Source of the DNA: Hyalangium minutum | GTDB lineage: Bacteria > Myxococcota > Myxococcia > Myxococcales > Myxococcaceae | DNA length: 248,000 nucleotides | Assembly: GCF_000737315.1 (NCBI RefSeq) | Contig: NZ_JMCB01000002.1 | Location: 268,001-516,000 of the forward strand | Reading direction: 5' to 3' | Shown here: positions 84,612-94,466 of the stretch, piece after piece | How the letters are laid out: every line of letters begins with the position of its first letter | How positions within the stretch are numbered: the stretch's first letter is position 1 | Translations under genes and position numbers: made by a program | The notes under the pieces: model-generated | Databases searched by the model: none | Told to the model about the DNA's origin: nothing | The model's input: the letters and a program-made list of their open reading frames with translations, nothing else

Positions 84612-86888
84612 ATGACGATGCTGGATGATGTGACCACCCATGCGGGGATGCCGCTCATGGCCTCCTCGTCCTCTCCTGGAGCGTGCCTGATTCTGATCAG
84701 CACGGCGCTGCCAGGCTTGATTGGCAAGGCCTTCCCGCTGGCGCCGGGCGAGCACGTGGTGGGCCGCGGCTCCGAGGCCAGCATCCGCATTGATGACCAT
84801 GGGGTGTCCCGGCGGCACGCGCGCGTGGTCCGTACGTCCGAGGGCGCGTGCTTCGTCACGGACCTGAAGTCCACCAACGGCACGTACCTCAACGGGGTGT
84901 CCGTCTCCTCGGCGGAGCTGCGCGAGGGGGACCGGCTGCAGATTGGCACCGGCACCGTGTTCCGCTTCTCCATCCGTGGGCAGCTCGAGCCCCGCGAGGA
85001 GCAGCTTCGCCAGGCGCTGTCCGCCGCGCGTGTGGGCATCTGGGACTGGAACGCCTCCTCCGGCGTGGTGACGTGGTCCGAGCACGTGGACCGCATGCTG
85101 GGCCTGCACGTGGGCAAGCTCTCCGGCCGCCCCATGGAGCTGCGCGAGGTGGTGCACCCGGAGGACCTGGAGCGCGTGAAGGCGGCGCTGGCCTCGGCGC
85201 TGGAGCAGAAGACGCACGTGGAGCTGGAGTACCGCATCGAGCCCGCGGGCAGCGGCTTCCGGTGGATCTCCTGCAAAGGAGACGTGCTGACGGACCTGGC
85301 TGGCGCTCCCGCGCGCATCACGGGCACGGTGATGGATATTACGGCGCGCAAGCAGGCCGAGCAGGAGCTGCGCCGCCACGCGCTCATCTTCGAGAGCTTC
85401 TATGACGGGGTGGTCATCACCGACTTGTCCGGCCGGATTGTGGACTTGAACCCGAGCGCGGAGCGGATGTTCGGCCGCGTCAAGTCGGAGACGCTGGGAC
85501 TGACGCTCTTCTCGGTGCTGCACCCGGGGGAGACGGACGCGCTCACGGCGAAGATTTTCTCCACGCTGGAGCAGATGGGCCGCTGGACGGGCGAGGTGGA
85601 GTTCCAGCGCCGCGACGGCACCAGCTGCACCTGCGAGTCCGTGGCGGTACCGCTGCGGGACTCGGAGGGGCTCGCCATCGCCTGCATCCTGGTCCACCGG
85701 GACATTACGGAGCGCAAGCACCTGCAGGCGCGCCTGGTGATGGCGGACCGGCTCGCGTCCGTGGGCACGCTGGGCGCGGGCGTGGCGCATGAAATCAACA
85801 ACCCGCTGGCCTACATGCTCGTCAACCTGCACCTCATCCGCTCGGGGCTGGAGCGGCTGGAGGCGCTGTCGCCGCCAGGCACCATCGAGCCGCTGCAACA
85901 GCTGGCCCAGGAGACGACCGAGGGCGCCGAGCGGATTGCCGCCATCGTGAAGGACCTGAAGACGTTCGCGCGCGGCGAGGCGGATGCACGGCTGGGCGCG
86001 GTGGACGTGCGGCGCGCGGTGGAGCTGGCGTGCAAGATGGCGGACAACATGCTGCGCCACCGCGCGCGGCTGATGCTGGACTTCGAGTCGGCGCCGCCCG
86101 TGGAGGCCAACGAGTCCCGGCTGTGCCAGGTGTTCCTCAACCTGCTGTTGAACGCGGCGCAGGCCATCCCCGAGGGCGAGCCGCCGGAGCGCCATGAGAT
86201 TGCCGTGCGCATCCGCACGAAGGAGCCCGGGCAGGTGGTGGTGGAGGTGCGGGACACGGGCGCGGGCATGACGTCCGAGGTGCTCTCGCGCGTGTTTGAT
86301 CCGTTCTTCACGACGAAGCCGGTGGGCGAGGGCACGGGCCTGGGGCTCTCCATCTGCCACGGCATCATCGAGTCGATGGGCGGCACCATCTCCGTGGAGA
86401 GCACGCCGGGCAAGGGCAGCACCTTCCGCGTCGTGCTGCGCGCCATGGAGGTGGAGGAGGACATCCCCACGCGCGTCGACTTGCGGACCCTCGGCGCGGT
86501 GTCGGCCGCGCCGCGCGCACGGGTGCTCGTGGTGGATGACGAGCCGAACGTGACATCCGCGCTGCGGCGCGCCCTGGGCTCCGACCACGACGTGTCCACC
86601 GCCAACAGCGCCCGCGATGCGCTGCAGCTGCTGACGCGGGACCGTGGGTTCGACATCATCCTGTGTGACTTGATGATGCCGGGGATGACGGGCATGGACC
86701 TGTACGCGGAGCTGGACAAGGAAGCGCCCGAGGTGGCCACACGGGTGGTCTTCATGACGGGCGGTGCGTTCACTCCCCGCGCCGTCACCTTCCTTCAGGG
86801 CGTGCCGAACCCCAAGATTGGCAAGCCCTTGAACCTGGAGGAGCTGAGGGTGCTCGTCAGCCGGCGCGCCGCCGGGGCCCAGCGATGA
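84612..86888 (+). CDS. espA: FHA-PAS-PAS-HisK-receiver hybrid kinase EspA
   Basis: VGR..SR.H FHA, two PAS, HEINNPL, receiver DLMMP; synteny with an OPT gene. Confidence 0.85.
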   Translation: MTMLDDVTTHAGMPLMASSSSPGACLILISTALPGLIGKAFPLAPGEHVVGRGSEASIRIDDHGVSRRHARVVRTSEGACFVTDLKSTNGTYLNGVSVSSAELREGDRLQIGTGTVFRFSIRGQLEPREEQLRQALSAARVGIWDWNASSGVVTWSEHVDRMLGLHVGKLSGRPMELREVVHPEDLERVKAALASALEQKTHVELEYRIEPAGSGFRWISCKGDVLTDLAGAPARITGTVMDITARKQAEQELRRHALIFESFYDGVVITDLSGRIVDLNPSAERMFGRVKSETLGLTLFSVLHPGETDALTAKIFSTLEQMGRWTGEVEFQRRDGTSCTCESVAVPLRDSEGLAIACILVHRDITERKHLQARLVMADRLASVGTLGAGVAHEINNPLAYMLVNLHLIRSGLERLEALSPPGTIEPLQQLAQETTEGAERIAAIVKDLKTFARGEADARLGAVDVRRAVELACKMADNMLRHRARLMLDFESAPPVEANESRLCQVFLNLLLNAAQAIPEGEPPERHEIAVRIRTKEPGQVVVEVRDTGAGMTSEVLSRVFDPFFTTKPVGEGTGLGLSICHGIIESMGGTISVESTPGKGSTFRVVLRAMEVEEDIPTRVDLRTLGAVSAAPRARVLVVDDEPNVTSALRRALGSDHDVSTANSARDALQLLTRDRGFDIILCDLMMPGMTGMDLYAELDKEAPEVATRVVFMTGGAFTPRAVTFLQGVPNPKIGKPLNLEELRVLVSRRAAGAQR

Positions 86889-88678
86889 CGGTCCCCTCGA
86901 GGTCCCTGGAGCCGGTGGCTCTTGGAGGCGCTTCCGAGCAGACGCTCGTGCCCCCTCCGGCACAGGAGACACTGGGCACAGGCCGGGAGTTCACTCCGCG
87001 TGCGCTGGCCACCGGGTGCCTCATCGGAGCCGTGCTGACTGTCTCCAACCTCTACATGGGGTTGAAGACGGGGCTCTGGGAGAGCGGCTCCATCATGTCG
87101 GCGGTGCTGGGCTTCAGCGGCCTGGCGGCGTTGGGGCGGCGGTGGGGTGGGGCGCCGGGGCCGCTGGAGACGAACCTCTCGCAGTCGACCTCGAGCGCCA
87201 CGGGTGCGGTGCCCGCCGCGGCAGGGCTGTTGGGCACGGTGCCGGCGCTGGCGCTGATGGGAGTGACCGTGCCCGCGTGGAGCCTGGTGGCCTGGGGCGC
87301 GTCGCTGGGGCTGCTCGGGGTGATGGCCTCGCACCTGCTGCGCAGGCGGCTGCTGGTGGACGAGGCGCTGCCATTCCCCACGGGCGCAGCCACCGCCGAA
87401 GTGATTACCGCCATGCACAGGGAAGGGGCCATGCGGCAGCCGGGGCGGGCCAAGGCGCTGATGGGCGCGGGGCTGTGCTCCATGGCGCTGACCTGGGCGA
87501 GGGATGCGCTCAAATGGGTGCCCGACGTGACGGCGTTTCCGGGGCGGCTGGCGGGGTTGCCCGCGGCCACCTTCACCTGGGGCTTCGGCTGGATGCCGCT
87601 GGCGCTGGGGGTTGGGATTCTGGCGGGGCTGCCCATGGGGCTGAGCATGCTGCTGGGCGCCGTGCTGGCCTTTGGTGTGCTGGCGCCCCCGCTCGTGAGC
87701 TCGGGGGTGGTCGCGGAGAGTGGCGGCTATGAGGCGCTCTCCATTTGGCTCGTCTGGCCTGGCGTCGGGTTGATGGTGGGCGGGGCGCTCGTCTCGCTCG
87801 CGTCGCAGGCGCGCTCGCTCTTCAGGGTGGTGAAGGATCTGCGCGCGCTGGGGAGCGGGGATGTGCGCTCCCTCCGCTGGCTCCTGGTGGCGGCGCTGGG
87901 GGCGTGTGGCGTGGTGCTCGCCCTGGGCGTGGGAGTGTTTGGGCTGTCCCTGCTCCAGGCGCTGGTGATGCTGGCGCTCGTGGTGCCACTGTGCGCGGTG
88001 TGCGCGCGCGGGGCGGGGCAGGTGGATGTGGCTCCGGTGGGTTCCATGGGCCAGGCCGCGCAGATTGCCTCGGGCACCTTCTTCCCAGGGCCGAGCGCGG
88101 TCAATGTCGCCGCGGGCGGCGTGGTGGCGGGAGCGGTGGCGCACACGGGCGTGGGCCTCTGGTCTCTCAAGGCTGGACACCTGCTGGGTGCCGCGCCCCA
88201 GCGCCAGCTCCTCGCACAGTTGCTGGGTGTGCTCGTGGGGTCCGTGGTGGCTGTGCCTGCGTATCTGCTGCTGGTGCAGACCCATGGGCTCGCGAGCAAG
88301 GCACTGGCCGCACCCTCGGCGCAGCCGATCCGCGTGGTGGCGGAGCTCTTTACGCGGGGGGGCTCGGGGCTGCCGCCGTATGCGCTCCTGGCAGCGGGGA
88401 TTGGCTTCGGACTGGGCGTCGTGCTGGCGCTGGCCGCGCGCGGGAGGCTGGAGCGCTTCCTGCCGTCACCGGTGGCCATGGGCATTGGCTTCATTCTGCC
88501 CGCGTTCGTCGCGGTGACGATCGCCCTGGGCGGGCTGCTGGCCGCGGTGGCGCGCCGCGTCCGGCCTCAGTGGACCGAGCAGTACCTCCCTGCGGTGGGA
88601 GCGGGCACCATCACCGGTGAGTCCCTGATGGGGCTGGCCATCGCGGCGCTCACGTGGTTCGGGGTTCTGGGGCACTAG
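86885..88678 (+). CDS. espB: OPT family oligopeptide transporter EspB
   Basis: EFT.RAL, GLKTG, ETN..Q, FPTG.A.A. Confidence 0.85.
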   Translation: MTVPSRSLEPVALGGASEQTLVPPPAQETLGTGREFTPRALATGCLIGAVLTVSNLYMGLKTGLWESGSIMSAVLGFSGLAALGRRWGGAPGPLETNLSQSTSSATGAVPAAAGLLGTVPALALMGVTVPAWSLVAWGASLGLLGVMASHLLRRRLLVDEALPFPTGAATAEVITAMHREGAMRQPGRAKALMGAGLCSMALTWARDALKWVPDVTAFPGRLAGLPAATFTWGFGWMPLALGVGILAGLPMGLSMLLGAVLAFGVLAPPLVSSGVVAESGGYEALSIWLVWPGVGLMVGGALVSLASQARSLFRVVKDLRALGSGDVRSLRWLLVAALGACGVVLALGVGVFGLSLLQALVMLALVVPLCAVCARGAGQVDVAPVGSMGQAAQIASGTFFPGPSAVNVAAGGVVAGAVAHTGVGLWSLKAGHLLGAAPQRQLLAQLLGVLVGSVVAVPAYLLLVQTHGLASKALAAPSAQPIRVVAELFTRGGSGLPPYALLAAGIGFGLGVVLALAARGRLERFLPSPVAMGIGFILPAFVAVTIALGGLLAAVARRVRPQWTEQYLPAVGAGTITGESLMGLAIAALTWFGVLGH

Positions 88679-88705
88679 CATCGATGGCCCCCGAAACTCC
88701 GTGAG

Positions 88706-91700
88706 CTACGCCGGGCTCGAGGCCCGCTCCAGCGCTCGTCGCAGCCGCCCTTCCATGAGGTTGGGGATGGTGGCGGCCCGCTCCAGCGCCTCCTTCAGGA
88801 CGCGCACTGCCTCCTCGCGCTCTCCTCGCCGCAGCGCCGCCAGCCCCATCATCTCCAGCACCTCCAGCGGCTCCTGCTCCATGGACACCTCCGCCGAGCG
88901 CAGCCGGAGCTGCTGCCACGCCTCCTGGCTGGCGTCCTGCGTGGTGAGCTCCACCATGGAGAAGAGCACCTCCTCGGAGGCGCTGAGCGCAGAGGCCTGC
89001 CGCTGCCGGGACAGCACCCCGCGCACCTGCGCCAGCCGCTCCATCGCCTGTGCGTACTTGCCCTCCCAGGCCAGCACCCGCGCGTCCAGCAGCAGCCCCC
89101 AGGGCCGAGATGCCACCTCGGGGTGCTGGCGCTCCAGGTCGATGGCCCGTGCAATGTGTGGCGCCGCCGCCCCCGCGTCCCCCGCCTGGTAGTACAGCTC
89201 TCCCAGGTTGTGCTCGGCGAAGTACTCCCAGCCCACCATGCCCAGCTCGCGGCCCAGGTGCATGAACCGCAGCTGATCCTTCACCGCGTTGGCCAGGTCC
89301 TTGCGCGACACCCAGAGGTTGCGCCGGTTGTTGATGGCGCTGCCCAAGTGGAACCGGTCACCGCGCTTCGTGCACGAGGCGATGACGTCCTCCAGCACCT
89401 CCGCTGTCTCCGTGATGCGGCCCAGGTTGGGGAGGATGACGGCCAGCAGCAACTGCGCCACCACCCGCGTCTCGTAGCCCGCGTCTCCCAGCAGGTTCGC
89501 GCTGTCCGCGGCCGCCTCCAGCGGAGGACAGGCCTCCGCCCAGCGGCCCTTGCGGAACCACGTCATGCCCACGCCCAGCAGCAGCCGTGCCCGGACATAG
89601 GTGGAGGCCACCTTGCCCACCCGTGCATGCGCCGCATCCACGCAGGCCGCCGAGCGCTCGTAGTCGTTCATCCAGTCCCGCGCCATCGCCTCGTCCAGCA
89701 GCACCTCCACCTCGGCGCGCACGTCGGCCACCCGCCGGGCCATCTCTCGCGCCTTCGTGAAGTCCGCCAGCGAGTCCTCGTACCGGCCAATGCGGTAGCG
89801 CATCATCCCCCGCCCCCGGTAGAGCGTCAGCCCGCGCAGCTCGTCCGCCGAATCCAACAGCGCCAGCGCGCGTGTGTAGAGTGTCTCCGCGTCCAGGTAG
89901 GCGTGACGGCCGCGGGCGGACTCGGCCAGATCCAAGTAGAGCGCGAGCGCCTCCTCCCGCATGCCCGCCACCGCCGCGTGGAAGGCCAGCCGGGGGATGA
90001 GCTGCCGCTCGTGGGCGGCGCTGCGGCTCTCGAAGAAGCGGAAGGCCGCGCGGTGGATGTGGATGCGCTCGGCCTCGGGCAGCGTGTGGGCCACCGCCTC
90101 GCGTACCAGCTCGTTGCGGAAGCTGATCTCCTCGTGGCGGTGCTCCACCAGCAGCCCCTGGTCCAACAGCCGGCGCGTGGCGTGGCCCGGGTCCAACGGG
90201 AAGTCCGCCGCGAGCCCCTCGCGCTCCAGCTCCCGCACCACGCCCTCGGCCGAGGTGGCGGTGAAGTCCGAGCCCAGCAGTGCGCACAGCCGAGCGTGCG
90301 CCGCCAGCGCCGGAGGGAGGGCCCCCAGCTCACGGTCCGCCAGCCACTCCACCAGCCGCAGCTCCGGGAGGGTGTTCAGCTCGTCGGTGACGAGGTACCA
90401 ACTGCCCCCATCGCCGCGCTGGCGCACCAGGCCCTGCCGCTTGAGGGCTCGCACGAGCTCCACCAAGAAGAGGGGCACGCGGCGGGCGCGCTCGACGATG
90501 CGCTCCACCGCTTGAGCGGGCACGTTGTCCACCGGGCGCAGCAGCGTGCGGCACAGTGCCTGCGCATGCTCGGGCGCCAGCGGCTCCAGGGTGAGGCGGA
90601 GTCGATGGGCGGCGCGCGTGCCCCAGGCGGGACGGCTGCGCTCGAACTCCGGGCGCGCCAGCACGCCGATCCACAGAGGCACCCGGGTCTCCGCCAGACA
90701 CGCGTACTCCAGCGCATCCAGCGAAATCTCATCCGCGAAGTGCGCGTCATCGAGCAGCAGGCACAGCGGGCGCTCGCGGGCGATGGCCGCCAGCAGCTCT
90801 CCGGTGGCGCGCATGGCCAGCGAGCGCAACGCACCCGGTGCTGCGGCCCGGCTCTGCAGCTCGGGGCTGTCCGGGGCGGACCACCCCAGTGTGGCGGACA
90901 CGCCGGGCCACAGCTCCGCGGCCAGCTCGGGCCCCAGCCGCGAGAAGAAGGCATTGCGGCCCTCCTCCACCGAGCCGGTGTCATCCTTCTCGAAGGCGTG
91001 GAGCGCCAGGCGCAGCAGCGTGCGCAGGGTGCCCGAGGGGTCTCCCTGCACGGGCTCGCGCGCGCGCAGCGTGTAGACGCGGGCCCGGGGCAGGGACTCG
91101 CGCACCCGGTGGGCCAGCTCCGCGCTGAAGTGGCTCTTGCCGTGGCCCCGCTCGCCCAGCACCGTGGCCAGCGTGGGAGCGCGCTCCTCCAACGCCCGGC
91201 GCACGCTCGCCCAGAAGGACTTCAGCTCCTCGTCCCGGCCGATCAGCACCTCGCTGCCGAGCTTGAGCACGGTGGCCTCCGTGCGCGGCGCCACTTCGGC
91301 GGGCACGGGGCGCAGCAGGCCCTCGCGGTCGGGGACAGACGCGAAGCTCACGTCGGGCACGGCGTCCGCCGCCGCGGAGGTGAGCATCAGGGGGATGGTG
91401 TCCGTGGCGGCGGGGTAGCGCTCCTTGCGCGTGAAGATGCTGCCCAGGTAGCGCGGCGGCGAGCCCGGGCGCTGCTGCACGGTGACGGTGGCCACGTCCA
91501 CGAGCGCCGTCGTCACCAGCCCGCGCTCCTCCAGCTCCTGCGCCGCGCGCATGGCCCGCTGCACCGGATTCTCCCCGGCGTTGAGATCGAACACGCCGGC
91601 GAACCGGGGGCCGTCGCGCCAGGCCACCTGCCCGCCGAGCCCGCTCAGCACCTTCTGGATGGAGACGGGGTTGCCGGTGGAGGAGCAGAGCAGCACCGCC

Positions 91701-92734
91701 ACCGAGCGGCGGGCCTGGGCGGGGCGAGCGGGCTCCTCGGGGGAAGCGGGACGCGCGGGAGCTTCCCGGACGGGCGGGGCAGAGTAGACGGGCTGGGAGA
91801 GCGCCTCGCGCAGCGCCCCGCGCACAGCGGCCCCACTGTCGAAGCGCCGGAAGCGCTCCTTGGAGAGGCACTGGAGCACCACGGCCTCCACGGCCGGTGA
91901 GACGGGGGCCAGCTCCGAGGGGCGCTGGGGCCTCAGCGAGAGGTGCGATTGAAGCACCTGCGTGTGGAGGCCGAAGAAGGGGGGGCGCCCGGTGAGCATC
92001 TCGTACAGGAGCACCCCGAATGCGTAGACGTCCGTGCGCGCATCCAGCAGGGCGGAGCCCGCGCATTGCTCGGGGGCCATGTACTCCGCGGTCCCCGCGT
92101 AGGCGTGCGCACTGGCCGTGGAGGCGTCTCCGGGGAAGGGGGGCAGGGCCGGGGAGCGCGCCAGCCCGAAGTCGATGAGCCGCACGCGCGCGGGGTCCGC
92201 GTCCAGGAAGAGGTTCTCCGGCTTGAGGTCGCAGTGGATGAAGCCCCGCGTGTGGAGCGAGTCCAGCGCCTCCGCCATGGCGAGCGCGTGCGAGGAGAAC
92301 TCCTGCGGCGGCAGGGGGCCGGAGGGCTCGGCCAGGCGCTGGGCCAGGGTGGGCTGCGCCACATACTCCATCACCATGCAGCGGCCACCGGCCTCGAGCG
92401 GGCTCAGCTCATACAGCGCGGGCGTCAGCGGAGGGCCGATGAGCCGCAGCGCCTCGGCCTCGCGGGTGAGCAGGGCGGCGGCCAGGGAATGGCCAGTCGG
92501 AGGGACCTTGAGGGCCACGGGGGTGTTGTCCGAGAGCCGGTGTCCGCCCAGCACTGTGGCGAAGCCGCCGCGCGCGATGAGGCGATCGACGCGGTAGCCC
92601 ACCAGAGAGAGCTCCGGGGCCGCGAGGCTCTCGGGCAGAGGCGCTGGGGCGTTCAGGCCAGGGCCCCCCTGTGGACACACGGGGTGAGTTCCCTCCCAGC
92701 GCCTGCCGCATGTCTGACAGCGAGGCACGCTCAA
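88706..92734 (-). CDS. pktB8: Ser/Thr kinase-AAA ATPase-TPR protein, PktB8-like
   Basis: HCDLKPEN, DFG, GERGHGKS P-loop, TPRs; convergent with espB. Confidence 0.75.
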   Translation of the reverse strand: MSVPRCQTCGRRWEGTHPVCPQGGPGLNAPAPLPESLAAPELSLVGYRVDRLIARGGFATVLGGHRLSDNTPVALKVPPTGHSLAAALLTREAEALRLIGPPLTPALYELSPLEAGGRCMVMEYVAQPTLAQRLAEPSGPLPPQEFSSHALAMAEALDSLHTRGFIHCDLKPENLFLDADPARVRLIDFGLARSPALPPFPGDASTASAHAYAGTAEYMAPEQCAGSALLDARTDVYAFGVLLYEMLTGRPPFFGLHTQVLQSHLSLRPQRPSELAPVSPAVEAVVLQCLSKERFRRFDSGAAVRGALREALSQPVYSAPPVREAPARPASPEEPARPAQARRSVAVLLCSSTGNPVSIQKVLSGLGGQVAWRDGPRFAGVFDLNAGENPVQRAMRAAQELEERGLVTTALVDVATVTVQQRPGSPPRYLGSIFTRKERYPAATDTIPLMLTSAAADAVPDVSFASVPDREGLLRPVPAEVAPRTEATVLKLGSEVLIGRDEELKSFWASVRRALEERAPTLATVLGERGHGKSHFSAELAHRVRESLPRARVYTLRAREPVQGDPSGTLRTLLRLALHAFEKDDTGSVEEGRNAFFSRLGPELAAELWPGVSATLGWSAPDSPELQSRAAAPGALRSLAMRATGELLAAIARERPLCLLLDDAHFADEISLDALEYACLAETRVPLWIGVLARPEFERSRPAWGTRAAHRLRLTLEPLAPEHAQALCRTLLRPVDNVPAQAVERIVERARRVPLFLVELVRALKRQGLVRQRGDGGSWYLVTDELNTLPELRLVEWLADRELGALPPALAAHARLCALLGSDFTATSAEGVVRELEREGLAADFPLDPGHATRRLLDQGLLVEHRHEEISFRNELVREAVAHTLPEAERIHIHRAAFRFFESRSAAHERQLIPRLAFHAAVAGMREEALALYLDLAESARGRHAYLDAETLYTRALALLDSADELRGLTLYRGRGMMRYRIGRYEDSLADFTKAREMARRVADVRAEVEVLLDEAMARDWMNDYERSAACVDAAHARVGKVASTYVRARLLLGVGMTWFRKGRWAEACPPLEAAADSANLLGDAGYETRVVAQLLLAVILPNLGRITETAEVLEDVIASCTKRGDRFHLGSAINNRRNLWVSRKDLANAVKDQLRFMHLGRELGMVGWEYFAEHNLGELYYQAGDAGAAAPHIARAIDLERQHPEVASRPWGLLLDARVLAWEGKYAQAMERLAQVRGVLSRQRQASALSASEEVLFSMVELTTQDASQEAWQQLRLRSAEVSMEQEPLEVLEMMGLAALRRGEREEAVRVLKEALERAATIPNLMEGRLRRALERASSPA

Positions 92735-92879
92735 ACTCTACGTGTCTGGTCCAACGCCTTCCATGGCGGGTACCCGGTAGGTCGGTGGGACAATGTGTCA
92801 CCGCAAGCGGACGAGCCTGGACTGCGCGTGAAGCCCGCTGCTGACCGCGCTTTCAGCCAGTCCCTGAAACAGTGGGGTG

Positions 92880-94454
92880 TCACTCGAGCCCGCCCGAGTC
92901 GTAGCTGGAGGGTACGTCCACGTGGAAGACGAGCTCCACCGTGCGCTTCTCCGCCGGAGCCAGCGGGAGCTTCCAGGTGGCGATGCCGTCCGCTGCGTCC
93001 AGCGCGTAGCCCGCCGTCGTCTTCTTCGCGTCCAGCTCCACCTTCACGTCCTCCAGCTCGGACACGGGGATGTGCTCGGACACCTCGAGCTGCTCGGGCG
93101 TCTTGCGGTAGTTGGCCACCTCGAAGCGGTAGGCGTAGCGGAAGCGCCGCTTGCCGCCGAAGAGGCCCGTGTCCCGGGCCACCTCCTCTACCACCTGCCG
93201 CTCCACGCGCAGGCCCTCCTCGATGCCGAACGTCAGCTCGAAGGGGGCGCCTTGCGCCACGCGCTCCAGCGGCTGGCGGCCGAGGAAGCCCGTCTGCCGG
93301 AACACGTCCACCGGGCCCGCCAGCAGCGGGAAGGGCGCCGTGTTGGTGAGCCGCGCCACGCGGAACACCACCGGGTACAGCTTGGGAATGGTGCGCCAGG
93401 CGAAGGAGGCCTGGAGCGGGGTGCGCGCCACCCTCAGCCGCACCTCCGAGCCGTCTCCCGGCACATTCGCCCGCTCCGGTACGGTGAGCTGCACGGAGAG
93501 CCCCTGGGCCTTGGCATGCAGGGACTCTCCGCCGGAGGGAGGGGTGCTGGCTCCCGACTGCGCGTGCTCCTGGCGCTCCTCGCGGCTCACGAGCACCTTG
93601 CGCTCCACCTTGCGCTCCCGGGAGGAGACGAACAGGGGCCGCAGCTCCGGAGGCGTGGCGTTCTCATCCGGCACGGCGGTGGAGAGCACCAGCTGCGCCT
93701 CCTTCCAGTCCTCGCCGGAGGCCTGCTTCACCGTGGCGTAGGTGGACAGCTCCACCCGCTGGCCCTGCTCGTCGGCGCGGGCCTCGTAGGCCGGCTGCCA
93801 GGAGGCGCCGCCCACCAGGTAGGTGAGCTCCACGCGGGCCTGGGTGCCCGAGGGGCAGTCCAGCCGCACCTCCACGCTCCGGTCGATGCGCGCCGAGGCC
93901 GCCAGCGTCCGCTGCTCCTGGGTGGAGAGCTCGGCCAGGGCGCGCGAGGTGGTGCGCAGCTTGGAGGCTTGGGCCTCCCGCTCGGCGCTGGCGCGCAGCC
94001 GGGAGCCGAGCGCCGTGTCCAGCGCGGTGCCCCACGCGCGGGTGTCCGGCTTGGCCTCGGTGAACTCGCGGCGGATGCGCCCGAGCGCCACGTTCATGAG
94101 GCCCGAGCCCAGCGAGTCCAGGGCCAGGGCGCGCGCGCGGGCATGCTCCAGGGCGGCCAGCTCGCGCTCCAGCTCCACGCGCTGCTTCTCCTGCTTCTCT
94201 CGCTCGGCGCCGTAGCGCGTCTGCCGCGTGTGCTCGGAGGCGAGCAGGCCCTCCACGGTGCCCCGGTCGGCGCGCGCCCGGAAGCTGGAGGGATCCGCGG
94301 CAGGGGGCAGCTCCTCGAAGCGCGCCAGGGTATCGCGGCCCGTGCACGTCACCGTCTGCGCGCGCGTCACCTGGGCGCGGTCGGGGTAGACGACGACGGA
94401 GCTCACCGAGGGAGTGGCGGCGAGCACCCACAACGTCAGGGACAGGGTGTGCAT
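92880..94454 (-). CDS. DUF4139/DUF4140 (MuiA-like) protein
   Basis: VVVYPDRAQV, W.PAYEAR, Q.SGEDW. Confidence 0.85.
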   Translation of the reverse strand: MHTLSLTLWVLAATPSVSSVVVYPDRAQVTRAQTVTCTGRDTLARFEELPPAADPSSFRARADRGTVEGLLASEHTRQTRYGAEREKQEKQRVELERELAALEHARARALALDSLGSGLMNVALGRIRREFTEAKPDTRAWGTALDTALGSRLRASAEREAQASKLRTTSRALAELSTQEQRTLAASARIDRSVEVRLDCPSGTQARVELTYLVGGASWQPAYEARADEQGQRVELSTYATVKQASGEDWKEAQLVLSTAVPDENATPPELRPLFVSSRERKVERKVLVSREERQEHAQSGASTPPSGGESLHAKAQGLSVQLTVPERANVPGDGSEVRLRVARTPLQASFAWRTIPKLYPVVFRVARLTNTAPFPLLAGPVDVFRQTGFLGRQPLERVAQGAPFELTFGIEEGLRVERQVVEEVARDTGLFGGKRRFRYAYRFEVANYRKTPEQLEVSEHIPVSELEDVKVELDAKKTTAGYALDAADGIATWKLPLAPAEKRTVELVFHVDVPSSYDSGGLE

Positions 94455-94466
94455 GGTCGCTCCTCC

